Made by a program: the position numbers and the translations under genes. Below are positions 1-9,322 of a DNA stretch of 64,000 nucleotides, in pieces. Under the pieces are notes generated by a model. It was not told the origin of the DNA, searched no databases, and was given only the letters and a program-made list of their open reading frames with translations. Every line of letters starts with the position of its first letter. The stretch's first letter is position 1. This DNA comes from Clostridia bacterium (GTDB taxonomy: Bacteria > Bacillota > Clostridia > Oscillospirales > CAG-272): NCBI GenBank assembly GCA_017522795.1, contig JAFWXZ010000070.1, positions 6,202-70,201 of the forward strand, read 5' to 3'.

Positions 1-434
1 TAAAGCGACTTGAAAAGACGGTTATTCCACCCTCAAAGGAGAATAACGCGTTGCTTTCCTCTCTCGGCTCTACCGAGATCAGCACGGGAGTAAAGCTTGC
101 CGAGCTGCTTCGCCGTCCCGAGCTTTCATATAAGGCTCTCGCTCCTCTTGACACAGACAGACCAGAGCTTCCATCGGCGGTTATCAGAACGGCTGAGATC
201 AAGGTGAAGTATCAGGGATATATAAAGCGCGAGCTATCCGAGGTAGAAAGGCAGAAAAAGCTTGAGGATAAGCGTCTGCCCGCCGACATAGACTATAAGA
301 GTATAGTCGGATTGAGGCTTGAGTCGGCAGAGAAGCTTGATAAGATCCGTCCGATGAATATCGGACAGGCATCCCGTATCAGTGGAGTGAATCCCGCGGA
401 CATCAGCGTGCTTCTGATATATCTTGGCAAATAA
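1..434 (+). CDS. mnmG: tRNA uridine 5-carboxymethylaminomethyl modification enzyme MnmG (GidA), C-terminal part; 5' end lies outside the window
   Basis: The frame is open from nt 3. The C-terminal sequence ...LRLESAEKLDKIRPMNIGQASRISGVNPADISVLLIYLGK is the typical MnmG tail. TAA stop at 432-434. Confidence 0.9.
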   Translation, partial: KRLEKTVIPPSKENNALLSSLGSTEISTGVKLAELLRRPELSYKALAPLDTDRPELPSAVIRTAEIKVKYQGYIKRELSEVERQKKLEDKRLPADIDYKSIVGLRLESAEKLDKIRPMNIGQASRISGVNPADISVLLIYLGK

Positions 435-458
435 TATTCTAATATATAGGTAGAAAAA

Positions 459-1181
459 ATGAACGAACAGCATTCAAGAACAGAAATGCTCCTTGGCACC
501 GAGGGTGTAGAGAGGCTTATTTCCGCCAGAGTTGCAGTTTTTGGCGTTGGCGGTGTGGGCGGCTATGTTGTCGAGGCTCTTGCGAGAGCGGGAGTGGGCA
601 GCTTTGACCTTATCGACTCGGACAGGGTTGCCATATCCAATATCAACAGACAGATCATTGCAACGCACGAAACTATTGGAATGTATAAGACCGAGGCTAT
701 GCGCGATCGTATTCACTCGATAAATCCCGAGGCAGGTGTTGTGTGTCACAATATTTTCTTTGATGATTGTACGAAGGATGACTTTGATTTTTCGCAGTAT
801 GACTACGTGGTTGATGCCATTGATTCTCTGTCCGCGAAGATCGAGCTTATCGCTATGGCAAAAGCAGCTGGGGTAGAGATCATCTCTGCTATGGGTGCGG
901 GCAACAAGCTCGATCCCACAAGATTTGAGGTGGCGGATATTTCAAAGACCACCGTTTGCCCCCTGGCGCGTGCGGTGAGAGTAGCACTTCGTAAGAGAGG
1001 GATAAATCATCTGAAGGTGGTTTATTCAAGAGAGGATCCTGCGATCATACCGGAGGTAAGTGATGGCGACCGACGCCGTGTTCCGGGTAGCATTTCCTTT
1101 GTTCCATCGGCTATGGGATTGATAATTGCGGGCGAGGTAATCAAGGATCTGGCACTTAAAAAAGTGAAAATTAACCCGTAA
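459..1181 (+). CDS. tcdA: tRNA threonylcarbamoyladenosine dehydratase (ThiF/MoeB-type E1-like, TcdA/CsdL)
   Basis: Rossmann motif VAVFGVGGVGGYVVEALARAGVG, then DxDxV..SNINRQ, characteristic of the TcdA subgroup of the ThiF family. Confidence 0.85.
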   Translation: MNEQHSRTEMLLGTEGVERLISARVAVFGVGGVGGYVVEALARAGVGSFDLIDSDRVAISNINRQIIATHETIGMYKTEAMRDRIHSINPEAGVVCHNIFFDDCTKDDFDFSQYDYVVDAIDSLSAKIELIAMAKAAGVEIISAMGAGNKLDPTRFEVADISKTTVCPLARAVRVALRKRGINHLKVVYSREDPAIIPEVSDGDRRRVPGSISFVPSAMGLIIAGEVIKDLALKKVKINP

Positions 1182-1333
1182 AAACACCTTTAAAAAAGAT
1201 CCGAAAACAGACTAAAAAATCAACCCAAAAAAGCTCTCAAAAACACCTCGGAAAACAAGGTTGAAAATGACTTTAAAAAGCCCTTGAATAATGCCCGAAA
1301 TCAAAGCAAAAAAACAGTATAAAAAATATATAA

Positions 1334-1372
1334 AAAAGAGCCGACAAGCAAGGAAAAATACGGCTCTTTTTT
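1334..1372 (+). terminator. Possible rho-independent terminator downstream of tcdA
   Basis: Stem GAGCCG (1338-1343) pairs with CGGCTC (1361-1366), extended by A/T pairs and followed by a T6 run. The 17-nt loop is large, so the call is only moderate. Confidence 0.4.
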
Positions 1373-2000
1373 CTTTTTAAAATTAGCATAAAATTGATGG
1401 TAAAGCAAGCTTAAAATAAGGAAAAAACGGTGCGTAAAGTCGGTGGAAAATATCCGATTTCAACCTTGAAAAAAAGTCTTTTTCAGCCTGAAAACACCTT
1501 CAAAAGCAGGCTCCAAAACACAGAATTTTGCCTCAAACCCCGAAAAACGCACTAACCAAAGTTTACAAATACAAAAAATCAAGATTTTATGAAATTTTGA
1601 AGAAAAATTCAAAAAAATCACTTAAATTTCATAAAAATGAGCCAAAATTTCGAAAAAATCGAGAAAAATTCAATTATTTTCAAATTTATTTTCTTTTTTT
1701 AAAGAAAAATTCAATTCAAAAAGAACTTTTTTAAAGTTTTTTGGGCAAAATTCAAACACATCAAAAAGGGCAAAAAGCTTAAATTTGAGCGTTTTTTCCC
1801 TGCTTTTACTGACGGTGTAGCATTTTTCCTTTTGTCACGCGATCATGGGTTTTTTAATTTTGTCATTTTAGCTACTCTCAAGACCTTGGATTTTCTCTTT
1901 GCTTTGTATCAAAAAATCTATTTTTTACCTCCTTAAATTATAAGGATTTTAAGTAAAAAAATCAACTTCATTTTACTTGGATAAATCGGCAAATTTTAAT

Positions 2001-2028
2001 AAAAAAACACCCCTCTTTTCAAGGGATG
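2001..2028 (-). terminator. Possible rho-independent terminator of the 2088-2855 minus-strand gene
   Basis: On the minus strand, CATCCC pairs with GGGGTG (one G-U pair) around a 9-nt loop and is followed by T7. Confidence 0.4.
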
Positions 2029-2087
2029 TTTTTATGCATTTTTTGTGTTTTTTAAGGCTCCAAAATCGGTATAAAAACAGTCGGAAA

Positions 2088-2855
2088 TTACTTCTTTTCC
2101 TGCTCTCTTTTTTTCTCCATAAATTTGTTGAACTTGTTTGCTCCGAAGAACACCGCAACAATGCCCATAGCGCATAGAGCAATGAATGCTATCCAGTGCC
2201 AGATGGATGTAAATTTATCGAAGGGAACGATGGAAAGTCCAAAGACTATCGTCACAACACCGATACCTCTGCCGATGACGATTGAAGGTATAAACCACTT
2301 AAGCGACATCTTTAGCGTGCCCGCCACCATAACCAACGCATCGTCGGGAAACACAGGGAACATCATCATCATAGGGAAGTAAATGAGTCCCTTTGTGTTG
2401 AGAAGCTCCGACGCCTTCTTACAGTCCTCCTCGCCAATGATTATCTTGCCAAGGTTGTATCCTCCGAATCTGCCGATCAGATACATCATAAGGCTTGAGA
2501 GCATAACTCCCGAGAAAGCTACGATAAATGCTGTCACCGAGCTTTCGTACAGGCTTTGCAGCAGAATGATAAATGCCATAGATGCGCCAGGGACGAATGA
2601 AAGTAGTGAGGTGATGACCACCTGTGCCAGCACGATGATTATACAGCCGTACCAGCTGTTAGAGAAATAGCTGAACAGCTCTCTGTTTATCTGAATGCCC
2701 TCGTCGTAGTAGATAATGCCGAAGACGTACATCAGAACCGCTGAGATAAGTGATATCAATATAAATATCAGCAGCATCAGCAGAACTCTCGTTATTTTTT
2801 CATATTTTTTCGCGAAGGCTTTTATTTTCTCCCATCCGCTTTTATTCGATCTCAT
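2088..2855 (-). CDS. TVP38/TMEM64 (DedA-related, VTT domain) family membrane protein
   Basis: Multi-TM protein with the motif FPVFPDDALVMVAGTLKMSLKWF typical of VTT/SNARE-associated domain proteins. RBS AAGAGG lies upstream of the ATG. Confidence 0.75.
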   Translation of the reverse strand: MRSNKSGWEKIKAFAKKYEKITRVLLMLLIFILISLISAVLMYVFGIIYYDEGIQINRELFSYFSNSWYGCIIIVLAQVVITSLLSFVPGASMAFIILLQSLYESSVTAFIVAFSGVMLSSLMMYLIGRFGGYNLGKIIIGEEDCKKASELLNTKGLIYFPMMMMFPVFPDDALVMVAGTLKMSLKWFIPSIVIGRGIGVVTIVFGLSIVPFDKFTSIWHWIAFIALCAMGIVAVFFGANKFNKFMEKKREQEKK

Positions 2856-3040
2856 ATTTTACCTCTTAATTAATAAAAATCACTTTAAAAACAGTATACT
2901 AATAAATAATAGCATAAAGGAAGACAAATGTCAATGAATGAAAAGTTAATAATTAAACTTGACTTTAACGTCGATTTGTGCCATAATAATACAGGAAAGA
3001 AATAAACCCATATATAATATATAAAGGAAGAAAGAGAAAA

Positions 3041-3730
3041 ATGAGAGTGACTTGGCTTACCCAGGCAGGGCTTCTGCTTGAAAACAGTAGAATTAAAATT
3101 ATGGTCGATCCATATCTCACCGACTCGCTGGGCGAGATCAAGCCCGACAAGAAAAGACGCATCGCGGCTGATGAGAGCTTCCTTGAGGCTTCTCCCGACG
3201 TTGTTTTGATTACTCACGAGCATATAGATCATCTTGATATGAGAACGCTGGAGAAGGTCCTCGCAGGCTGTAAGGCTCCTGCGCTTGTGCTGGCATCAGC
3301 ATCCGCATACGAAAAAGTATGCGATATTGGCGGTGAGCATAACTATGTTCTTATGGCTCCCCACTCGGTGTGGAGCGAGAGGGGAATTACCTTCTACTCG
3401 GTGCACGCAGAGCATTCTGACAGAGATGCGGTAGGCTTTATTATCGACGACGGCAAGCAGACCTTCTACGTCAGCGGTGATACGGTTTACAACTACGACG
3501 TTATTGATGACGTGCTTGATCTTGCACCCGACGGAGTTGATTATGCCTTTCTTCCCATTAACGGCAAGGGAAATAATATGAACGCTCGCGATGCGGCAGA
3601 TTTTGCCTATGAGATCGGTGCAAAGTGCGCGATCCCTGTTCACTACGGCACTACTGACGATCTTACTCCCGATGAGTTTGACTTTGATGACAAGCTTATT
3701 CTCGAACCTTATAAGGAAACAAAATTATAA
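3041..3730 (+). CDS. MBL-fold metallo-hydrolase
   Basis: HxHxDH metal-binding motif (THEHIDHLD) plus downstream His/Asp ligands. Size is typical for the family (229 aa). Confidence 0.8.
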   Translation: MRVTWLTQAGLLLENSRIKIMVDPYLTDSLGEIKPDKKRRIAADESFLEASPDVVLITHEHIDHLDMRTLEKVLAGCKAPALVLASASAYEKVCDIGGEHNYVLMAPHSVWSERGITFYSVHAEHSDRDAVGFIIDDGKQTFYVSGDTVYNYDVIDDVLDLAPDGVDYAFLPINGKGNNMNARDAADFAYEIGAKCAIPVHYGTTDDLTPDEFDFDDKLILEPYKETKL

Positions 3731-3734
3731 AAAA

Positions 3735-3764
3735 ATATCCGTGGATTTTTCCACGGATATTTTT
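3735..3764. terminator. Bidirectional rho-independent terminator between convergent genes
   Basis: Perfect 11-bp stem ATATCCGTGGA / TCCACGGATAT with a TTTT loop. It is flanked by an A-run upstream and a T-run downstream. Confidence 0.8.
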
Positions 3765-4347
3765 ATATTAAGAAATCAACCATACGCTTGTACTCATCGT
3801 AGGTATAAAGGAGATTTAGTGCCTCGAGCAGAGCATTAGGAGTCATATCGTTTGGAAGATTGCACTCTTCGCAGAGCTTTCGCCTATTATCGCTCGCTCC
3901 CTCGCATCCGGTTAATCTATCAAAGAAAAAGTCAACTTTAGTTATCATTTTCCCGGATTTTGAGGCTTTTTCACCATCTATAAAGGGGGTGAGTAGTCTG
4001 ATAAGCACATCCTTTTCCATTCCCTCAACGCCGAGAGTGCCTGCGGCAGAGGGTTTTCTTTTTCTCGATTCCTTGCCTTCGATTTTAGGTATGTACAGGT
4101 TGTGTATTTTGTCGGGTGGAAGAATTCCCGCGAGGAATTTTCTTATCTGCTTTCCGCCTCCGTCCGAGTCGGTGAGGACTATGATACCGTCCTTTGCCAG
4201 TCTGCAAAGGAGAGCTTGCTTTTCCTTATTATTAAATATAGAAAAGCCGCCTGTTGTGATTATGGTGGCGTCGATAAAGCCCGAAAGGGTTGCCTTGTCA
4301 TATCTGCCCTCGACGATTATGGGCAGGGAAATTTTAATTTTTTCCAT
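3763..4347 (-). CDS. Toprim domain protein (RNase M5-like / DUF4093-type)
   Basis: N-terminal Toprim signature IIVEGRYD ... IIVLTDSDGGGKQIRKFL. Its start overlaps the nth stop by 14 nt, implying an operon. Confidence 0.7.
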   Translation of the reverse strand: MEKIKISLPIIVEGRYDKATLSGFIDATIITTGGFSIFNNKEKQALLCRLAKDGIIVLTDSDGGGKQIRKFLAGILPPDKIHNLYIPKIEGKESRKRKPSAAGTLGVEGMEKDVLIRLLTPFIDGEKASKSGKMITKVDFFFDRLTGCEGASDNRRKLCEECNLPNDMTPNALLEALNLLYTYDEYKRMVDFLI

Positions 4348-4996
4348 TTTCTTTTTCTCTTTTCAGACACAGATCTGCGAGAGGACAGCTCTCGCACATA
4401 GGCGATCTTGCGGTGCAGACCTCTCTGCCGAAGAATACGATTCTGTGACAGAAATCACTTCCCTCACGAAGATCAATAAGCTCGCGGAGTATGCGCTCGA
4501 TTTTTGTAGGATCCTTCTCCTTTTCGGGATACATACCGAGTCTGCCGCAGATGCGGATGCAATGAGTGTCGCAGACTATAGCCTCCTTGCCGAACACATC
4601 CCCAAGCAGCAGATTCGCGATCTTTCTGCCGACACCCGGGAGCTTCAGCAGATCTTCCATATTGTCGGGAAGAACTCCGCCAAAGTCGGTAAGCAACATA
4701 CGGCTTGCCTCTCGGATGTTATCAGCCTTCATTCTATACAGACCGCAGGGCTTGATTATCTCCTCAATTTCGTTTGTGTCACCGTATGCCATAGATTCGG
4801 CGGTAGGGAAGCGTTCAAAAAGCTCCTCGCACACGATATTTACCCTCGCATCGGTGCATTGCGCCGAAAGCCTTCCCATAACCAGCAGCTTCCAGGGGTC
4901 GCCACCATAGTGTAGGGCGCATTCTGCATCAGGATATATTTCCTTCAGCCTTTCGACTATTTGCGAAAGGCGTTTTTTCTTTTCCGATTTAGTCAT
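4334..4996 (-). CDS. nth: Endonuclease III (DNA-(apurinic or apyrimidinic site) lyase)
   Basis: HhH-GPD motif LPGVGRKIANLLLGDVFG and the C-terminal 4Fe-4S cluster motif C-x6-C-x2-C-x5-C (CTARSPMCESCPLADLC). Confidence 0.92.
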   Translation of the reverse strand: MTKSEKKKRLSQIVERLKEIYPDAECALHYGGDPWKLLVMGRLSAQCTDARVNIVCEELFERFPTAESMAYGDTNEIEEIIKPCGLYRMKADNIREASRMLLTDFGGVLPDNMEDLLKLPGVGRKIANLLLGDVFGKEAIVCDTHCIRICGRLGMYPEKEKDPTKIERILRELIDLREGSDFCHRIVFFGREVCTARSPMCESCPLADLCLKREKENGKN

Positions 4997-5553
4997 TTCA
5001 ATGCCTCATCAATAAGCTTTTTTGTAAGAGCGACCGAAAGACCGACAACAGTGTCGTAATCACCGTCGATTTTTTCGACGAATTTTCCACCGCCCGACTG
5101 AATTCCGTAGCTGCCCGCCTTATCCATTGGATCGCCGCTTGCAACGTATTCCTCGATCTCGTTTTCGGTCATTTTTCTGAAATAAACTGCTGTAGTAGCA
5201 ACTCCGCTGTAGCATCTGCCACCGAATTGAACGGCAACACCCGTGTGTACGTTGTGTGCCTTGCCCGACAGCATACGAAGCATAGCCTTTGCATCCTCTG
5301 TGTCCTTCGGCTTTCCGAGAGGCACGCCGCCAAGCTCTACGAGGGTGTCGGAGGAAATAACGACGCTGTCGGTTCCAACCTCGCATACAACCGCAGATCC
5401 TTTTCGTACGGCAAGCATCTCTACTCCGTATCGAGGGTGAACATCTTTTGGCAGACTTTCATCCACCTCTTTTGTGATTATATCAAAGCTATCTATTATT
5501 TCACCGAGCAGTTCTCGCCTTCTTGGAGATTTTGATGCAAGTATGTATCTCAT
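4993..5553 (-). CDS. maf: Maf-like nucleoside triphosphate pyrophosphatase
   Basis: N-terminus ILASKSPRRRELL is the Maf signature. I chose the ATG at 5553 (MRYIL) because AAAGGA lies 8 nt upstream; the track start at 5592 has no RBS. ATGA overlap with the nth start. Confidence 0.88.
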   Translation of the reverse strand: MRYILASKSPRRRELLGEIIDSFDIITKEVDESLPKDVHPRYGVEMLAVRKGSAVVCEVGTDSVVISSDTLVELGGVPLGKPKDTEDAKAMLRMLSGKAHNVHTGVAVQFGGRCYSGVATTAVYFRKMTENEIEEYVASGDPMDKAGSYGIQSGGGKFVEKIDGDYDTVVGLSVALTKKLIDEALK

Positions 5554-5616
5554 TTTGTGTTTTCCTTTCAAAAAAGCGACTGTTAAAAACAATCGCTTTT
5601 TGCTTTTTTGTAATCT

Positions 5617-6612
5617 TTAGTTTACAAAACCTATCTTTCTGCGCACTTTAGACATGGTTTTACGAGCGTAATATGCTGCCTCGTCAGCACCGGCCTTCAT
5701 AATCTCCTCAAGATGTGCCTTGTCTGCCATAAGGCGGGCAAATTCATCTCTTACTGGTGCCAGACCGTCAGCGCAAGCCTCGCCTACCGCAAGCTTGAAA
5801 TCGCCGTAGCCGCGTCCGTCAAACTCTCGCTCGATCTCCTCAAAGGTTTTGCCTGTAAATGCACGGTAGATGGTCATAAGGTTGGAAACGCCCGGTTTAT
5901 CCTCGGAGTATCTTACACAGGCATCAGAGTCTGTGACAGCCTTCTTGAACTTACGCATTACGTCATCCTTGGAGTCAAGGATGTATACTACAGCATTCTG
6001 ATTTGTGTCGGACTTTGACATCTTTGCGGTGGGCTCTGCCAGCGACATAATCTTCATCGTATCGGTGGACATATATCCCTCGGGAACGGTGAAGGTGGGG
6101 CCGTAGATCTGGTTGAATCTTTCCGCGACGTCGCGTGCAAGCTCAAGATGCTGCTTCTGGTCTACGCCAACGGGAACAACGTCGGTCTGATAAAGCAGAA
6201 TATCAGCTGCCATAAGAGTCGGGTAGGTAAACAGACCTGCGTTTATATTCTGAGAGTGCTTTTGGCTCTTGTCCTTGAACTGTGTCATTCTTGAAAGCTC
6301 GCCGAACATAGTATAGCAGTCGAGCATCCAACCAAGCTCTGCGTGAGCAGACACGTGGGACTGAACGAAGAGGGTATTTTTCTTGGGATCAAGGCCGCAC
6401 GCCATATATAGAGCGAGGGTTTCATAGGTTCTTCTGCGAAGCTCTGCGGGTACCTGTCTTACTGTGATGGCGTGGAGATCAACTACGCAATAAAAGGTCT
6501 TATAGTCCTCTGAAAAACGCGAGAAGTTTTTGATCGCTCCAAGATAATTTCCTATAGTAAGATTTCCCGAGGGCTGAACACCCGAGAAAACGATTTTGTT
6601 ATCGCCAATCAT
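5617..6612 (-). CDS. trpS: Tryptophan--tRNA ligase
   Basis: Class I aaRS motifs: HIGH-like (PSGNLTIGNYLGA) and KMSKS. 331 aa. Confidence 0.95.
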   Translation of the reverse strand: MIGDNKIVFSGVQPSGNLTIGNYLGAIKNFSRFSEDYKTFYCVVDLHAITVRQVPAELRRRTYETLALYMACGLDPKKNTLFVQSHVSAHAELGWMLDCYTMFGELSRMTQFKDKSQKHSQNINAGLFTYPTLMAADILLYQTDVVPVGVDQKQHLELARDVAERFNQIYGPTFTVPEGYMSTDTMKIMSLAEPTAKMSKSDTNQNAVVYILDSKDDVMRKFKKAVTDSDACVRYSEDKPGVSNLMTIYRAFTGKTFEEIEREFDGRGYGDFKLAVGEACADGLAPVRDEFARLMADKAHLEEIMKAGADEAAYYARKTMSKVRRKIGFVN

Positions 6613-6660
6613 TTGTTTATCCTTTCAAGATATAACATCTTCTTTTAATTTCTTACAAAA

Positions 6661-6689
6661 ATTATACATTGTATAGGAGATTTTGTCAA
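6661..6689 (-). promoter_or_regulatory. Sigma-A type promoter for the trpS-maf-nth-toprim operon
   Basis: On the minus strand: TTGACA, 17-nt spacer, TATAAT preceded by TG. It sits about 45 nt upstream of the trpS ATG. Confidence 0.7.
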
Positions 6690-6809
6690 GAACAAAATTG
6701 GTTTTTAGTGAAAGTTTGGAATTTTGGGTGTAAAAAGCGGCTTTTTATATACAAAAAACCTATTAAATATTAATAAAATTAAAAATTTTAAAAAAATTGC
6801 AAAAAACAT

Positions 6810-6838
6810 TTGCATTTTTCTATTTTGTATGCTATAAT
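6810..6838 (+). promoter_or_regulatory. Sigma-A type promoter for the 6944 lipoprotein gene
   Basis: TTGCAT (6810-6815), 17-nt spacer, extended -10 TGcTATAAT (6830-6838). Confidence 0.65.
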
Positions 6839-6943
6839 AGTTCAGCGGATTGTACGATAGGGTACTTTCCCATTATTTTTTGATCAATTTAATCGCGCTT
6901 TGTGGCGCGGAATTTGAAATATATTTATACAAGGATGAAAGAC

Positions 6944-7741
6944 ATGAAAAAGAGAATTGTTGCATTAATTCTTACTGTTGTGATGTCTCTTCTTGCGCTT
7001 ACAAGCTGTGGTGGCTTTGATTTTGCGGAAGAGGATCTCAGCGCATACGCCGAATTCAACTACGCAGATTTCAAGGCTGCTCTGCAGAAGCTTGAGATTG
7101 AGGACGGCGAATTCACTACCGATAGCAATGTAAGAGAACAGATCATTGCATCGACTATTTATAACACAATCGCTGATAAGATCGTTGCTGACACCGACGA
7201 GGATGAGTGGCTTAAGGAAGGCACTCTCGGCGCAGGTGCCGTGCTTTACTTCGTATACTACGCAGTTGACGCAGACGGCAACAGATTCTTTGGCTCTGAT
7301 ATGAATGAGTCCTCTATCACCACCTCCTCCACCAAGGTTAATCATACCCTTAAGCTTGATGATTATCTTAACGGTGATGCAGATGAGTTCCTTAAGCTTG
7401 TAAGAGATAACCTTAAGGACGTTGATATCAAGGATTACGTATACAATATGCTTACCTCTTCCGAGCTTCAGGCTGACGCGGAGGAGGCTCTCAAGGCTGA
7501 GAAGCCCGATGCTACCGCTGACGAGATCAAGGCTGCTAAGGAAGCAGCTATCAAGGTTAAGGCTGGCGATAAGATATACATCGAGTACACCCGTACCCAC
7601 AAGGAAGTAAACGCTGAGGGCGTTGAGACCACCGTTACCGAGAAGGCTTCTTATGAGCTTATTACCGTTGACGAAATGAACTTCCTTTATCCTCACCTTA
7701 CCGGCGAGCACTCTGTAGCTAACGTTGGCAGCACTCTCTAG
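6944..7741 (+). CDS. Trigger-factor-like lipoprotein, N-terminal fragment, ended by an in-frame TAG; same frame as 7742-9223
   Basis: Lipoprotein signal MKKRIVALILTVVMSLLALTSCGG with RBS AAGGA 8 nt upstream of the ATG at 6944. Ends at TAG 7739-7741. The reading frame stays open immediately after the stop. Confidence 0.7.
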   Translation: MKKRIVALILTVVMSLLALTSCGGFDFAEEDLSAYAEFNYADFKAALQKLEIEDGEFTTDSNVREQIIASTIYNTIADKIVADTDEDEWLKEGTLGAGAVLYFVYYAVDADGNRFFGSDMNESSITTSSTKVNHTLKLDDYLNGDADEFLKLVRDNLKDVDIKDYVYNMLTSSELQADAEEALKAEKPDATADEIKAAKEAAIKVKAGDKIYIEYTRTHKEVNAEGVETTVTEKASYELITVDEMNFLYPHLTGEHSVANVGSTL

Positions 7742-7972
7742 GTTCTTGATAAGACCGAGGGCGATAAGGTTATCACCAAGAAGTCCTTTGACGTTGAGAT
7801 CAACGGCCAGACCTACACCTACTCCAACCTTAAGATTCTCTGGAAGGTTGAGAACGAAGGTCAGGCTATCGCAGAGTTCAAGCACACTCCTTATGTTGAC
7901 AAGGCTGAGAAGCCCGCAAAGAAGGAGACCGCTCCCTCTTCTCTTTACAATTCCGCATCCAAGGTAGACCTT

Positions 7973-9223
7973 ATGAACAAGGAGCTTACCTACTACGTAT
8001 TCCCTGTATACGCTATTGATACTCCCGCTTACGAGGAGATCACTGTTGATCAGATCCTTTACTACGTATACGGCTCTAAGCTTACCGCTGATTCCTTCGA
8101 GATCTTCGATGATGAGACCTTCAAGAACGGCGCGGACACCGTAGCTGATCTTCTTGAGGATATCAAGAATCTCTTTGACACCAAGTCTGAGAACAACGAG
8201 TACTACAAGGAAGGCACCGACCTCAAGAAGCTTCTTGATGCATACAACAAGGCAGTTAAGGATGGAGGCAGCAAGCCTACCACTGCTCAGAAGGAAGCTA
8301 TCACCAAGGCACAGGAAGCTCTTACCGATGCACAGAACGACGTTCTCAAGACCATCATTGCTAAGCTCGTAGCTGCAACCAGCGGCGAGAAGAATCTTGG
8401 CAAGGAGATCTTCGACGAGTATGTTCACAATACCGAGCATTCTCTTAAGGAGAGCTATGACTCCGATATCGTTAAGAAGGTTCAGACTGCTGTTTGGGAG
8501 CTTATCGACAAGTCCGTAAAGGTTAAGGGCTATCCCGAGGAGCTTCTTAAGGAGTATTGCGACCACATCTATGAGTCCTACGAGTATGAGTTCTATAAGG
8601 GCGACTTCGACAAGAACACCACTAACTACGATAAGTATAAGACTCTTGACGCTTACCTTGAGGCAACCCTTAAGGCATCCGGCAAGGATAAGGTAAACGA
8701 GGCTATTGAGAAGGAAGCTAAGTCTTATCTTGATCCCATTATCAAGGTATTTGTTGTTGCAAAGGCTTGCAAGGCTGATGCTGTGACCGCTATGAGCGGT
8801 GCAAATGGCTATATCGAGCTTGACATTGCAGGCGGCGCATACAAGATCGACGAGGAAGCATACAAGGATACCTACGGCGACAAGGCTGACGAGAAGATCG
8901 CTGAGGCTAAGAAGAATGCCGACGAGAGCATCAAGTCTGCTCGCGAGGAGGCGGGTATGTTCATCGTTGACGATGCATATATGGATCGCTATAAAAAGGA
9001 AATCGGTAATGCTTACTACAATCAGCTTATCGAGGAGAATGGCGATATCAACCTTCGTACCGCATTCCAGTTCAACAGACTCTTCTACTACCTCACATGT
9101 ACCGATATCGAGTTCAACGAGGATGAGGGACATAGCGAGATCAAGTACACTGAGGATGGCAAGTTCATCTCCTTCAGAACTGTTAAGTACACCATCGCTG
9201 CCGAGGATTCCGACGCAGAATAA
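7973..9223 (+). CDS. Trigger-factor-like protein, C-terminal fragment of the interrupted gene; the frame is open from 7742 and 7973 is merely the first ATG
   Basis: Same frame as 6944-7741. The segment TAVWELIDKSVKVKGYPEELLKEY parallels AIWNHFSSAVKVKKYPAAKVEEV of the 9795 paralog. No RBS or signal peptide at 7973. Confidence 0.6.
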   Translation: MNKELTYYVFPVYAIDTPAYEEITVDQILYYVYGSKLTADSFEIFDDETFKNGADTVADLLEDIKNLFDTKSENNEYYKEGTDLKKLLDAYNKAVKDGGSKPTTAQKEAITKAQEALTDAQNDVLKTIIAKLVAATSGEKNLGKEIFDEYVHNTEHSLKESYDSDIVKKVQTAVWELIDKSVKVKGYPEELLKEYCDHIYESYEYEFYKGDFDKNTTNYDKYKTLDAYLEATLKASGKDKVNEAIEKEAKSYLDPIIKVFVVAKACKADAVTAMSGANGYIELDIAGGAYKIDEEAYKDTYGDKADEKIAEAKKNADESIKSAREEAGMFIVDDAYMDRYKKEIGNAYYNQLIEENGDINLRTAFQFNRLFYYLTCTDIEFNEDEGHSEIKYTEDGKFISFRTVKYTIAAEDSDAE

Positions 9224-9256
9224 TAGACATTTCCCGTCCAGAGTGGACTAAATGAG

Positions 9257-9287
9257 AACGGACGAATACCCTTCGTCCGTTTTCTTA
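9257..9287 (+). terminator. Rho-independent terminator
   Basis: 10-bp stem AACGGACGAA / TTCGTCCGTT with a 5-nt loop, followed by a T-rich tract. Confidence 0.75.
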
Positions 9288-9322
9288 TGAATTGTCTTAT
9301 AAAATGAAAGGACTCCGAACTT

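Noticed and set aside
1528-1734. 68-aa Lys-rich plus-strand ORF
   Set aside because: It lies in an A-rich low-complexity tract, starts at TTG without an RBS, and its composition simply mirrors the poly-A bias.
1182-2087. Replication origin near mnmG (gidA)
   Set aside because: I could find no clusters of DnaA boxes (TTATCCACA or its complement). The best candidate, cTTGGATAA near 1977, has two mismatches. No dnaA or dnaN is nearby.
6613-6900. T-box leader upstream of trpS; the same was checked upstream of alaS at 42441-42523
   Set aside because: Consensus promoters sit only about 35-45 nt from the start codons. No T-box sequence (AANNNGGTGGTACCGCG-like) or terminator/antiterminator pair is present.
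7739-7741. In-frame TAG as pyrrolysine or a reassigned codon
   Set aside because: TAG functions as an ordinary stop for the methyltransferase gene (38459) and the small ORF at 13456. No pyl genes or PYLIS-like context are visible in the window. A nonsense mutation or sequencing error is more parsimonious.
6965-9133. 722-aa minus-strand ORF
   Set aside because: It is antisense, in codon register, to the trigger-factor-like lipoprotein gene. Its product is Leu/Val/Ile-rich and low in complexity, and it even runs across the sense-strand TAG. It is a shadow ORF.
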